DNA of 9,631 bases from a virus (Duplodnaviria; Heunggongvirae; Uroviricota; Caudoviricetes): IMG/VR virus record IMGVR_UViG_2778261515_000017, positions 1-9,631 of that record. One strand, given 5' to 3'. The number at the start of each line of letters is the position of its first letter. Position 1 is the first letter of the stretch. Of the stretch, positions 1-6,965 are shown piece by piece. The notes beneath the pieces are model-generated. The model was not told the origin of the DNA. It was given only the letters and a program-made list of their open reading frames with translations, and did no database searches. A program made the position numbers and the translations under genes.

Positions 1-1257
1 GTGCTTACCGATACAAAATTAAAAAACCTCAAGCCGCAGGACAAACTGTACAAAGTCTCCGATCGTGACGGGCTGTATGTAGCTGTGCTTACGTCAGGTA
101 CGGTCTCATTTCGCTATGACTACCGTATCAACGGTCGCCGCGAAACACTGGTAATCGGGCAGTATGGGCGTGACGGTATCAGCCTGGCAGAAGCGCGGGA
201 AGAACTGATTGCTGCAAAGAAGCTGCTTAAAGCAGGCCAGTCACCGGCTGCGGCTAAACGTGACGGTATCAAAAAGATTCGTGGTGCCGAGACGTTTGCG
301 GTACATACCGACAGTTATATGAAACACGTCATCCTGGCTGACAGTACCCGCGCAATGAAACAGGCGGTGATCGACCGTGACATACTTCCGGTTCTTGGCA
401 ACAAAATGATGGCTGAAATTACCACATCGATGGTTCGTGATTTATGTGACCGGATTGTCGAACGCGGTGGCCGGGCAACAGCAGTACAGGCCAGGGAGAT
501 CATCAGCAGCGTATACCGTCACGCCAATGACCGTGGTCATGGTTTGTTTAATCCTGCGGCTGACATTAAACCTTCGTCTATCGCCATATTTAAACCACGA
601 GAGCGAACACTGACACCAGAAGAAATTGGTCTGTTCTTCCGTATGCTGGATGCCATTGGTGCTATGGGCACTATGAAAATGGCTTTAAAGCTGGTGCTTA
701 TCACTATGGTTCGTAAAGGCGAATTCACCAATGCAACGTGGGATGAAATAGATTTTAAAAAATGGACATGGACAATTCCTTCAGACCGCATGAAGGGAAG
801 TCGGGCGCACGTTATTTACCTGCCTAAACAGGCACAGGATATATTAATCGGGTTGCAGATGTGCGCTGGTGGAAGTGAATATCTGGTTCCTGGTCGTTAC
901 AATTTCCGGAAGCCATTATCTAATGCCGCGCTGAACTCTCTGATCGACAGAACGGTGAAAATAATAAATGAAGATGGTGAGCATATTCAGGACTTCACTG
1001 TACATGATATGCGCCGTACAGCCAGTACGTTGTTGCATGAGGCTGGTTATCCTTCAGACTGGATTGAAAAGGCTCTGGCACATGAGCAGAAAGGTGTGCG
1101 CGCCGTATATAACAAAGCGGAATACGCCAGACAGCGCGCCTACATGTTGCAGCAGTGGGCAGATATGATTGATTCCTGGATTAACGGGGAGCATACGGAT
1201 CTGATTCCGTTCTCCCCGTCGAAGTTTGAGAGGTGGATGGAAGGCAGTAATAAATAA
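1..1257 (+). CDS. int: Phage tyrosine integrase (P4-type, DUF4102-like N-terminal arm-binding domain plus catalytic domain); GTG start at position 1, so the CDS may begin at or just upstream of the window edge
   Basis: 418-aa ORF. N-terminus MLTDTKLKNLKP...GLYVAV...FRYDYR matches the conserved start of P4-family integrases. C-terminal HDMRRTAS...LAHEQKGVRAVYNKAEY matches the catalytic H-x-x-R ... Y region of tyrosine recombinases. Identification is from motif memory, not a search. Confidence 0.85.
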   Translation: MLTDTKLKNLKPQDKLYKVSDRDGLYVAVLTSGTVSFRYDYRINGRRETLVIGQYGRDGISLAEAREELIAAKKLLKAGQSPAAAKRDGIKKIRGAETFAVHTDSYMKHVILADSTRAMKQAVIDRDILPVLGNKMMAEITTSMVRDLCDRIVERGGRATAVQAREIISSVYRHANDRGHGLFNPAADIKPSSIAIFKPRERTLTPEEIGLFFRMLDAIGAMGTMKMALKLVLITMVRKGEFTNATWDEIDFKKWTWTIPSDRMKGSRAHVIYLPKQAQDILIGLQMCAGGSEYLVPGRYNFRKPLSNAALNSLIDRTVKIINEDGEHIQDFTVHDMRRTASTLLHEAGYPSDWIEKALAHEQKGVRAVYNKAEYARQRAYMLQQWADMIDSWINGEHTDLIPFSPSKFERWMEGSNK

Positions 1258-1259
1258 TT

Positions 1260-1919
1260 CTATCCTTCCTGGACTTTGGTAAGCGTCAGATTTCCGCAGA
1301 ACACTGCGCCGGTGTCGATGTACATCTGGTTTGCATACACCAGTGGGTGATGTGCTGGCGTATGACCGAAGATGAACAAATCGGCACCGGTTATCTCCGA
1401 GACAATACCGTCCTGCGCGCCGCTAACCCGCTCACGATTCCATATCACCATTTCTTCCGGTACTGGCTTATCGAATGCGTATTCGTTGTGCGGGTAGTCT
1501 GCGTGGCAGATGACGACCTTCTTATTGCCGGTAACCAGTTCGATAATCATCGGGAGGTTGGTAATCTTTGGCAGAAGGTATTTGAGTTTCACATCCTGCT
1601 CAGAATCAAGTTGGTGCCACCATCCACCGCCGTTTGACATCCAATGTCCGAAACTTCCGCCGTTGACCAGTGCATCCAGCATCATCTGCTCATGGTTGCC
1701 ACGAACAGCTCGGAACCACGGCATAGTAATCAAATCCAGGCATTCGACGTTTTCAGCGCCGCGGTCAACAAGGTCACCAACGGAAATAAGCAAATCGCGC
1801 GCCGGGTCGAATGAAACTTTGTCGAGTTCGTTCATCAGCAGCGTGTAGCACCCATGCAGATCGCCGACGACGAAGATATTGCACCAGTCAGCGCCATTGA
1901 TGCGTTGATATAGGTTCAT
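1260..1919 (-). CDS. Ser/Thr protein phosphatase, lambda PPase (NinI)-like metallophosphoesterase
   Basis: Translation from the internal ATG ([26 protein letters not shown]...GDLVDRG...GNHE...FIFGHTP...) carries the calcineurin-like GDxHG/GDxxDRG/GNHE motifs and is near-collinear with lambda PPase as I recall it. SD GGGAG 8 nt upstream of the ATG at 1919. The 40-codon upstream extension of the track ORF overlaps the methylase gene and is rejected. Confidence 0.85.
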   Translation of the reverse strand: MNLYQRINGADWCNIFVVGDLHGCYTLLMNELDKVSFDPARDLLISVGDLVDRGAENVECLDLITMPWFRAVRGNHEQMMLDALVNGGSFGHWMSNGGGWWHQLDSEQDVKLKYLLPKITNLPMIIELVTGNKKVVICHADYPHNEYAFDKPVPEEMVIWNRERVSGAQDGIVSEITGADLFIFGHTPAHHPLVYANQMYIDTGAVFCGNLTLTKVQEG

Positions 1920-2566
1920 GCTACACGCTCCCGCCCCTGGTTGTCTGTTGGTGACAGCGGAGCATTGCTGAATGCATTTGTTAATCCGCCAATATCCAAC
2001 GCGTATCCAGGATGTAGTTGCACTGCCGGGTCTTCGCACTGATTACCCCAAACATCGAAGCCATGAGACGACTGGCGGGCGAACAGTTCAATGCGAGAAA
2101 CATCGCCTAACAATTGCACAAGTTTTTCACGAACGATATCTGGTTTTCTTGAATGCTCAAGCCGCGGTGCGGTAAATGACTGAACGATCCCTGCATTAAT
2201 GCGCGTAGGTAGTTTTCCCTTTACCGCAAACAGGCAATCTTCACTATTGGCGCGAGTCATGTGTCCCATACCCATAACCAGTTTATCTGGTTGTCGGCTA
2301 CCACATTTTATCCACGTGAAGCCCTTCATCGTCATCAGACGAAATCCCCAGGCTTCAACAACTTTTAGTGCTTCGAGTGGTTGTGTTGGCACCCACCACA
2401 TGGCCAACAGACAGTTTTCAGCGGTCAAATCCCACACAGGAAGGCGGCAGATATCCAGCACACTCATAACAGGATATTTAAAGCCGGCACCGCGATTACC
2501 ATCTGCGGCTTTGTCCCGGTATACCCAGGGTGGATCTGCATAGATTAGTGTGTATTTCTTAGTCAT
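1916..2566 (-). CDS. MT-A70-family N6-adenine DNA methyltransferase (DPPW motif)
   Basis: [14 protein letters not shown]...; the DPPW catalytic motif is characteristic of the MT-A70 family. ATG at 2566 preceded by a G-rich SD; the GTG at 2578 is an alternative start. Its TGA stop overlaps the phosphatase ATG (ATGA). Confidence 0.75.
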   Translation of the reverse strand: MTKKYTLIYADPPWVYRDKAADGNRGAGFKYPVMSVLDICRLPVWDLTAENCLLAMWWVPTQPLEALKVVEAWGFRLMTMKGFTWIKCGSRQPDKLVMGMGHMTRANSEDCLFAVKGKLPTRINAGIVQSFTAPRLEHSRKPDIVREKLVQLLGDVSRIELFARQSSHGFDVWGNQCEDPAVQLHPGYALDIGGLTNAFSNAPLSPTDNQGRERVA

Positions 2567-2858
2567 AAACCACCCCACAACATCCTATGCCGCTATAGTC
2601 GCCACGGCGAAGGCCGTTACCTTTTGTGATACATTGGTCCCTGCGAACCGCGATCCTTGCACGCTCAACATCACCAGAAGCAACATCCATACACTGAAGC
2701 CAAAGGTGAGCGGCAATGCGGAACTGCCCTTTTTTCTCTCTTTCAATCGCGCGTTTTTCGATCTCTATCGCCGCAGGAGTAACGGCGACAATCTTTGACG
2801 GACTGCGCATTGAAACCTTGTTCATGTGATATTTTTCAAGTCGGCTTAACTTTCTCAC
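2559..2858 (-). CDS. ANR-family-like small protein (putative small regulator); start ambiguous (GTG 2858 with SD GAGAGGG, or ATG 2825 without clear SD)
   Basis: 99-aa ORF. Central ...GQFRIAAHLWLQCMDVA... resembles the conserved core of small prophage proteins annotated as ANR family, from memory. Overlaps the methylase start by 8 nt. Confidence 0.45.
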   Translation of the reverse strand: MRKLSRLEKYHMNKVSMRSPSKIVAVTPAAIEIEKRAIEREKKGQFRIAAHLWLQCMDVASGDVERARIAVRRDQCITKGNGLRRGDYSGIGCCGVVYD

Positions 2859-2967
2859 TTAATCCAACCCTCTCTGAAAATTAATGCCAGCAGATAAAGC
2901 CATGCTGAAACAGAGGCCAGGAATAAGTACCATCCTGACCATTTGCTCCAGTGCCTTAGCAGCGCAC

Positions 2968-3216
2968 TCATGCAGCGTTGCTCACAGGACGATATACACG
3001 TTGCTGAACAGGAGGCTTTTTACCTTGGAACTCTGCCGGGCTTGCTGCCTGACGTTCATCAAGCCAACGCTCAACTTCGTCACGGTTCCATGCGCAGCGT
3101 TTGTCAGTGATATACCAGCGTTTAGGAAATTCCCCTGCGCGCTCCATACGGTCGATAGTGCTCCATGACAGTGGCACCACCGCCAGGAGTTCCTTCTTAC
3201 CTAATGCACCTTTCAT
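2968..3216 (-). CDS. AlpA-family HTH DNA-binding protein (MerR-like prophage regulator / candidate excisionase)
   Basis: 82 aa. LLAVVPLSWSTIDRMERAGEFPKRWYITDKRCAWNRDEVERWLDER fits the AlpA/Xis-type pattern (S-x-ST-I-x-R ... G-x-FP ... W ... EV-x-WL). SD GAGG 5 nt upstream of ATG 3216. Confidence 0.7.
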   Translation of the reverse strand: MKGALGKKELLAVVPLSWSTIDRMERAGEFPKRWYITDKRCAWNRDEVERWLDERQAASPAEFQGKKPPVQQRVYRPVSNAA

Positions 3217-3265
3217 AAATACCTCTCTTGGTTGCAGTGCGGCGCGCGTGGCGCCGCGGTGGTGG

Positions 3266-4207
3266 TTACATAGATGTTTCGTTTAATTCTTCCCGACGAA
3301 CGCTGTAAACGTCGGTGGCTTTTGCCAGCAGTTCGTCATCATCTGAAAGTTTTTGTGCAATGTATTTGTAAGCCTTATCCAGTTCGGAGACAGTGCTGTA
3401 ATTCATCGCTGCGCTGGTAAAGGCCATCAGCATTTCTTCTGGATCACGGCTATCCGCTTTACGCGTTTGCTCATCAGGCTTTTTCACTGTTTTAGCGTTG
3501 ATCAGACTATTAATTCCCGCAGCCGTAGTTGTTTGCGGAGTAATGTCTCGCTCAACGCGCGGTGCCGTTTCCTGTAATTCGTCAGGTGTATAGACGCCCA
3601 TGATTACGTCAGGACAGTGCAAGCGAGACCAGCGTTTTGTCGCAAGGTATGCGAGTTGTTGTTTCGGATCGCTGGCCCAAAGTGTGGAGTTTCTTACCTG
3701 TGCCTGAGACAGCATTAACTCGAGCACTCGAGGTTGATCCTCTCCCTTCATGGTTGCCCATACGCGAACACCGCAGCCTTCTTCGTCTTTTATAGTCCAG
3801 CCTGGTGCGATATACGGATTGCCGTTTTTGGATGTTTTCTCAACAAACTTACCGATCACGCGTTCCCACGGCCCGAACCACTCGTAGTTGATGCGATCTT
3901 TTGTTGGCGACATTGTTGAGATAACTGCGTTTACTAATTGGGCTTCATAACCTAGCGTGCCGTTCACAACATGGGTTTTCTGAGCCACGGCAAACGGGTT
4001 CATTCCCCACTGCGCAGCCTGCATTGCCACGGCCATGCAATCAGCTGGTTTCCCGGCGAGGTGCGCCGGTACCGTTACGCGGCTTTGCGCCATTACCTCG
4101 GCGAATTTCATCAGTTGGTTCAAGCCGTCTGGGCTGAAAATAGTTGCAGCAGTGCCAGCGATTGCTGTGTCTACTGGTGCGTTGATGTTTGCGATGTTGT
4201 TGCTCAT
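3266..4207 (-). CDS. recT: RecT/Redbeta-family single-strand annealing protein
   Basis: 313 aa. Shares an ERDITP segment with lambda Bet as I recall it, and sits immediately downstream of an exonuclease gene with a 4-nt ATGA start/stop overlap, the typical exo-SSAP pair. The family call has not been checked by search. Confidence 0.72.
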   Translation of the reverse strand: MSNNIANINAPVDTAIAGTAATIFSPDGLNQLMKFAEVMAQSRVTVPAHLAGKPADCMAVAMQAAQWGMNPFAVAQKTHVVNGTLGYEAQLVNAVISTMSPTKDRINYEWFGPWERVIGKFVEKTSKNGNPYIAPGWTIKDEEGCGVRVWATMKGEDQPRVLELMLSQAQVRNSTLWASDPKQQLAYLATKRWSRLHCPDVIMGVYTPDELQETAPRVERDITPQTTTAAGINSLINAKTVKKPDEQTRKADSRDPEEMLMAFTSAAMNYSTVSELDKAYKYIAQKLSDDDELLAKATDVYSVRREELNETSM

Positions 4208-5025
4208 ATGTACATATCCTGTTTACGTGCCCAGTCAGGGCGTTTAATAATTTCCACGCCACCCCATTCATCATTGATGCGGCATTCGTGATAGGTATTC
4301 AGATCCCGGCGGAACAGAGCGTGCCCGGTATCGACATCCTTCGCATCCAGCTCGAACACGCGTACCGGATACCGACCACAATCAATGCTTTCGCTCACGG
4401 CAAGAAAGAAAAAACCATGCGGCTGACCAGTAACCCTCATTGCGCCTTCACGGTACATTGCGTCCTGCACGTGGTAGCGGAATTCCTCGATGTGGCGAGC
4501 AAAACGATCCATATCTGCAACCTTTTTCACGTCGACGATTACGTTGTGCTCGTTCAGCCATTTGTCTGGACGAATTCGGCACAACTCACCCGTCTCTTCA
4601 TCGTTCCAGTACATTGATGCTTCGCAGTAACCAGGTGCTTCCAGCATCCAGCGTGCCGCCGGGTGAGCCATTGCGCTATCACGCATCAGCTCCAGTTTTC
4701 GCCACTGCTCTGCATCAAGTACCGAAATCCCCATATCCGCTACATCACGAATAAATGCCTCTTCGTCAGCTTTACCTTGTTTTGTCCGACGATCGAATTT
4801 CGGTGAAACGATGAAGCGTTTGTCAAACTCTCTAGGTTCCAGAAGCAGACAGTGCAGAGCAGTACCCATATCCAGTGCAGACTTCTTCTCTTCGTCTTCC
4901 GGAGCAGCCTTCACCCATTTCAGAAGGGCAGGGTTCTTAGCCACCATATCTAGCTGCGACTTACTCACGCCGTCACCGGCGTGGTAGTCCTCGTTGCTGA
5001 TATCGAAATAAATTCCCGGATTCAT
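4204..5025 (-). CDS. RecE-like PD-(D/E)XK exonuclease (nuclease domain only, DUF3799-like)
   Basis: 273 aa. N-terminal GIYFDISNEDYHAGDGVSKSQL resembles the start of the RecE catalytic domain. ...IRPDKW... and ...VIVDVKKV... fit D ... (D/E)xK nuclease motifs. SD GAGGG 7 nt upstream. ATGA overlaps with both neighbouring genes. Confidence 0.7.
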   Translation of the reverse strand: MNPGIYFDISNEDYHAGDGVSKSQLDMVAKNPALLKWVKAAPEDEEKKSALDMGTALHCLLLEPREFDKRFIVSPKFDRRTKQGKADEEAFIRDVADMGISVLDAEQWRKLELMRDSAMAHPAARWMLEAPGYCEASMYWNDEETGELCRIRPDKWLNEHNVIVDVKKVADMDRFARHIEEFRYHVQDAMYREGAMRVTGQPHGFFFLAVSESIDCGRYPVRVFELDAKDVDTGHALFRRDLNTYHECRINDEWGGVEIIKRPDWARKQDMYI

Positions 5026-5321
5026 GCCGCGTCCCTCTGCCCATCAATCTGATCAGCCAGATCCCAGCGGGCGATAATTGCCATTGCCTCGCGCCGGTAG
5101 GCATCCATTAGTTCTTCGAACTCAGGGCTGTCTTTAGCGGCCTCCAGTACTTCCTGGCGAACGCCTTTAACTGTTACAACGTCGAAAGTTGATGCCAGTT
5201 GATGAAGCCGGATACTCTCAATCAGTTCAACTTGTCGGTCATATAGCTGTTCTGACAGGCGGTAGTCCTTGTCGAATGCCAGCATGATTTTTTGAAGATT
5301 TTTCTGCTGATTAACGTTCAT
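5022..5321 (-). CDS. Hypothetical protein (99 aa), unknown function, second gene of the pL-type operon
   Basis: ORF with a strong SD (GGGAGG) 7 nt upstream of ATG 5321 (MNVNQQKNLQ...). Its stop overlaps the exonuclease start (ATGA). No recognisable motif. Confidence 0.55.
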   Translation of the reverse strand: MNVNQQKNLQKIMLAFDKDYRLSEQLYDRQVELIESIRLHQLASTFDVVTVKGVRQEVLEAAKDSPEFEELMDAYRREAMAIIARWDLADQIDGQRDAA

Positions 5322-5323
5322 TA

Positions 5324-5476
5324 TCAGCCCTCCCATATCTCGTTATCGTTGGCCACATCGCGAGCTTCTTTGCTGACGAAAGCCCACTTAATGCCTTCCT
5401 GTAAGGTGCGGAACTTCCAGCTCATGAATCCGCATGCAGTAACGCAGTACCAACCGTTGATGATTTTCCACTGCAT
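5324..5476 (-). CDS. Small ORF (50 aa, Trp/Cys-rich), first ORF downstream of the pL-type promoter; candidate Kil-like or small regulatory peptide
   Basis: ATG 5476 with SD GAGGT 8 nt upstream; translation MQWKIINGWYCVTACGFMSWKFRTLQEGIKWAFVSKEARDVANDNEIWEG. TGA stop lies 2 nt before the next ATG. Below the ORF-track length cutoff; supported only by SD and operon context. Confidence 0.35.
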   Translation of the reverse strand: MQWKIINGWYCVTACGFMSWKFRTLQEGIKWAFVSKEARDVANDNEIWEG

Positions 5477-5495
5477 AACTTGTTACCTCGGTCTG

Positions 5496-5572
5496 TTACC
5501 GTTGAGGTAATAATTATGCGTATATGGTTTGATGTCAATAGATATGAGTTAAAAAAATTACCCGTTAGGTAA
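5496..5572 (-). promoter_or_regulatory. pL-type promoter flanked by two operator palindromes (OL region)
   Basis: Operators TTACCGTTGAGGTAA (5496-5510) and TTACCCGTTAGGTAA (5558-5572), centres 62 bp apart. On the - strand, a perfect -35 TTGACA (complement of 5533-5538), 17-nt spacer, -10 AATTAT (complement of 5510-5515) whose last base is the first base of the downstream operator. Predicted TSS near 5503. Confidence 0.55.
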
Positions 5573-5582
5573 TCGAATAGGC

Positions 5583-5609
5583 AATAAAAAAGCCGCCATA
5601 AGGCGGCTT
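5583..5609 (-). terminator. Rho-independent terminator downstream of the repressor gene (tImm-like)
   Basis: 8-bp GC-rich stem AAGCCGCC/GGCGGCTT (5590-5597 with 5602-5609), 4-nt loop, followed on the - strand by a U-tract (complement of the A-run 5583-5589). No T-tract follows on the + strand, so it is unidirectional. Confidence 0.7.
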
Positions 5610-5629
5610 ACTTACTGAAAAATATGGTT

Positions 5630-6214
5630 TTATTGTTTGTTTTTTTCGTTCTGGTTGATGACAAATTCAATGTAACTTTCGATCTTTGCTTTCTCGGTTT
5701 CGGGTAACAATGCGTAGCGCGAGCGGTCATAGTTGATAGTCGCGGGGTCGTGCGGGTGAATCAGTAATTCATAGCCGTGACGCCCGAATGCGGATGCAAC
5801 ATTCTCCAGGGTGGAAATGGAAACGCTAACCTCATTGTTTAACAGGCGGCTGATTGTCACCTGGGCGACGCCGGATGCGCGGTGAAGTTTTCCCTGAGTT
5901 GAAAGGTCGCGGCTTTCGCTCATCCAGCGTTCCAGGTTGTGAGCCGCCAGCTGACCAATGTCGCTTGGGCCGACAGGCTGAAAACCTTCCTGAGAAAGCG
6001 AGCGATCGATATCAAGCCAGTTACGGGGTTTATTGGCGGCAGCTTCAATTTTTCGCGCAACCTGGTCGCCGATAACCTTCTTGCCAAGAGCCCAGCGGTT
6101 TACCAGATTTGCCTGAGTTCCAAGTTTTTCTGCCATCCGCGTCTGAACACCATTGAATTCACGGTCGATCAAGTCGTTGAGATTTTGCCTGCGGACGTCC
6201 TGGATACTTTTCAT
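5630..6214 (-). CDS. Prophage repressor at the cI position: dual-HTH protein (CII-like N-terminal HTH plus XRE-type HTH), with no LexA/S24 peptidase domain evident
   Basis: 194 aa. ...TRMAEKLGTQANLVNRWA... resembles the lambda CII HTH; ...GKLHRASGVAQVTISRLLNNEVSVSISTLENVASAFG... is XRE-like. Divergent from the Cro-like gene across an operator-rich region and followed by a strong terminator, which is the lambda immunity-region topology. Weak or absent SD, possibly leaderless like cI from pRM. Confidence 0.65.
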   Translation of the reverse strand: MKSIQDVRRQNLNDLIDREFNGVQTRMAEKLGTQANLVNRWALGKKVIGDQVARKIEAAANKPRNWLDIDRSLSQEGFQPVGPSDIGQLAAHNLERWMSESRDLSTQGKLHRASGVAQVTISRLLNNEVSVSISTLENVASAFGRHGYELLIHPHDPATINYDRSRYALLPETEKAKIESYIEFVINQNEKNKQ

Positions 6215-6269
6215 TTTCTGGAAAATCGCCTCATATATGAATCAGTAGATGATTCAATTTAAAGCAATA

Positions 6270-6343
6270 TTACCCAACAGGTAAATGCACCCCATAGGTA
6301 ACTATCCTTGATTTTTGTTACCTTATGGGTGAATATTTATTAT
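6270..6343. promoter_or_regulatory. Divergent OR-type operator region between the repressor and Cro-like genes, with a pR-type promoter
   Basis: Operators TTACCCAACAGGTAA (6270-6284), degenerate GCACCCCATAGGTAA (6287-6301) and TTACCTTATGGGTGA (6318-6332). Rightward promoter candidates: -35 TTGTTA (6315-6320), 17 nt, -10 TATTAT (6338-6343); or -35 TTGATT (6308-6313), 17 nt, -10 GAATAT (6331-6336). Either overlaps the 6318-6332 operator. No convincing leftward (pRM-type) hexamers found. Confidence 0.5.
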
Positions 6344-6368
6344 CTGAAATAAATATCAGGCAATAGCT

Positions 6369-6599
6369 ATGAGCGATAACGGACATTTCGATTTCAAAAA
6401 GCACTGGCTTGCACTTACTCCGGATGAGCGTGAAGCCTTCGCACAGGAAGCCGGAACGACGAGTCACTATATCCATACTCACTTAACAGGTAAGCGCAAA
6501 ATGCCAGGTAAAGTATTGATGAATGGGCTTTTTAAAGCCTGTAAAACAAGACAATGGCTGCGCTCAAAAGCAGAACTGGCATACTTCTTCTACTCATGA
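6369..6599 (+). CDS. Cro-like small HTH regulator (first gene of the rightward operon)
   Basis: 76 aa. HTH-like segment FAQEAGTTSHYIHTHLTGKRKMPGKVLMNGLFKAC. Divergent from the repressor gene; its promoter overlaps an operator palindrome. Confidence 0.55.
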   Translation: MSDNGHFDFKKHWLALTPDEREAFAQEAGTTSHYIHTHLTGKRKMPGKVLMNGLFKACKTRQWLRSKAELAYFFYS

Positions 6600-6620
6600 T
6601 ATCCAGCCACAACCCTCTGT

Positions 6621-6645
6621 AGACCGCCATCCGGCGGTCTTTTCA
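6621..6645 (+). terminator. Rho-independent terminator after the Cro-like gene (tR1-like)
   Basis: Stem AGACCGCC (6621-6628) / GGCGGTCT (6633-6640), loop ATCC, followed by TTTTC. Confidence 0.5.
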
Positions 6646-6749
6646 TATCTATTCGTACCTCAAAGGTAATAAAAAACCAAATATGGTTGATCTTTTTTTT
6701 GTGTCAGCACAAAATAACCGTAATCCCAATACTAATAACAGGGCTTACC

Positions 6750-6950
6750 ATGGAAATCATTACACGTATTGATGCCGCAAAGCGCGGACTTAAACGCTAC
6801 TACACCGGAAAACCATGTAAGCACGGACATGACAGTGAACGCTGGGTTTACAACGGACACTGTGTTGAGTGCACCATGGAATCAAACCGTCGCATCAGGG
6901 CAGAGATTAAGCAGATCATGATTAATTCCTCCCCACAACACTCAAGCTGA
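6750..6950 (+). CDS. Small Cys/His-rich putative zinc-binding protein (66 aa) at the cII position
   Basis: ATG 6750 with SD CAGGG; MEIITRIDAAKRGLKRYYTGKPCKHGHDSERWVYNGHCVEC... with a C-x-H-x-H ... C-x-x-C pattern. The track ORF starting at 6687 uses a TTG and is rejected as an N-terminal extension. Confidence 0.5.
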   Translation: MEIITRIDAAKRGLKRYYTGKPCKHGHDSERWVYNGHCVECTMESNRRIRAEIKQIMINSSPQHSS

Positions 6951-6965
6951 TAGCGGAGATTAATC

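Noticed and set aside
864-871. Chi site GCTGGTGG within int
   Set aside because: A single octamer occurrence is within chance expectation for this length in an enterobacterial genome.
1920-2039. N-terminal 40-codon extension of the phosphatase ORF (track ORF 1260..2039)
   Set aside because: The extension overlaps the 3' end of the methylase gene in another frame, has no phosphatase homology, and the internal ATG at 1919 has a good SD and matches the lambda PPase N-terminus.
5292-5510. 72-aa plus-strand ORF across the pL-type promoter region
   Set aside because: Antisense to the small-ORF and 99-aa genes and runs through operator and promoter sequence; no SD.
5480-6368. Search for LexA (SOS) boxes CTGT-N8-ACAG in the regulatory regions
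   Set aside because: No match found in the intergenic regions of this window; an SOS-controlled antirepressor, if present, must lie elsewhere.
6687-6749. Upstream TTG-initiated extension of the Zn-ribbon ORF (MIFFLCQHK...)
   Set aside because: Hydrophobic, runs through a T-run with no SD; the ATG at 6750 has an SD and starts the conserved-looking part.
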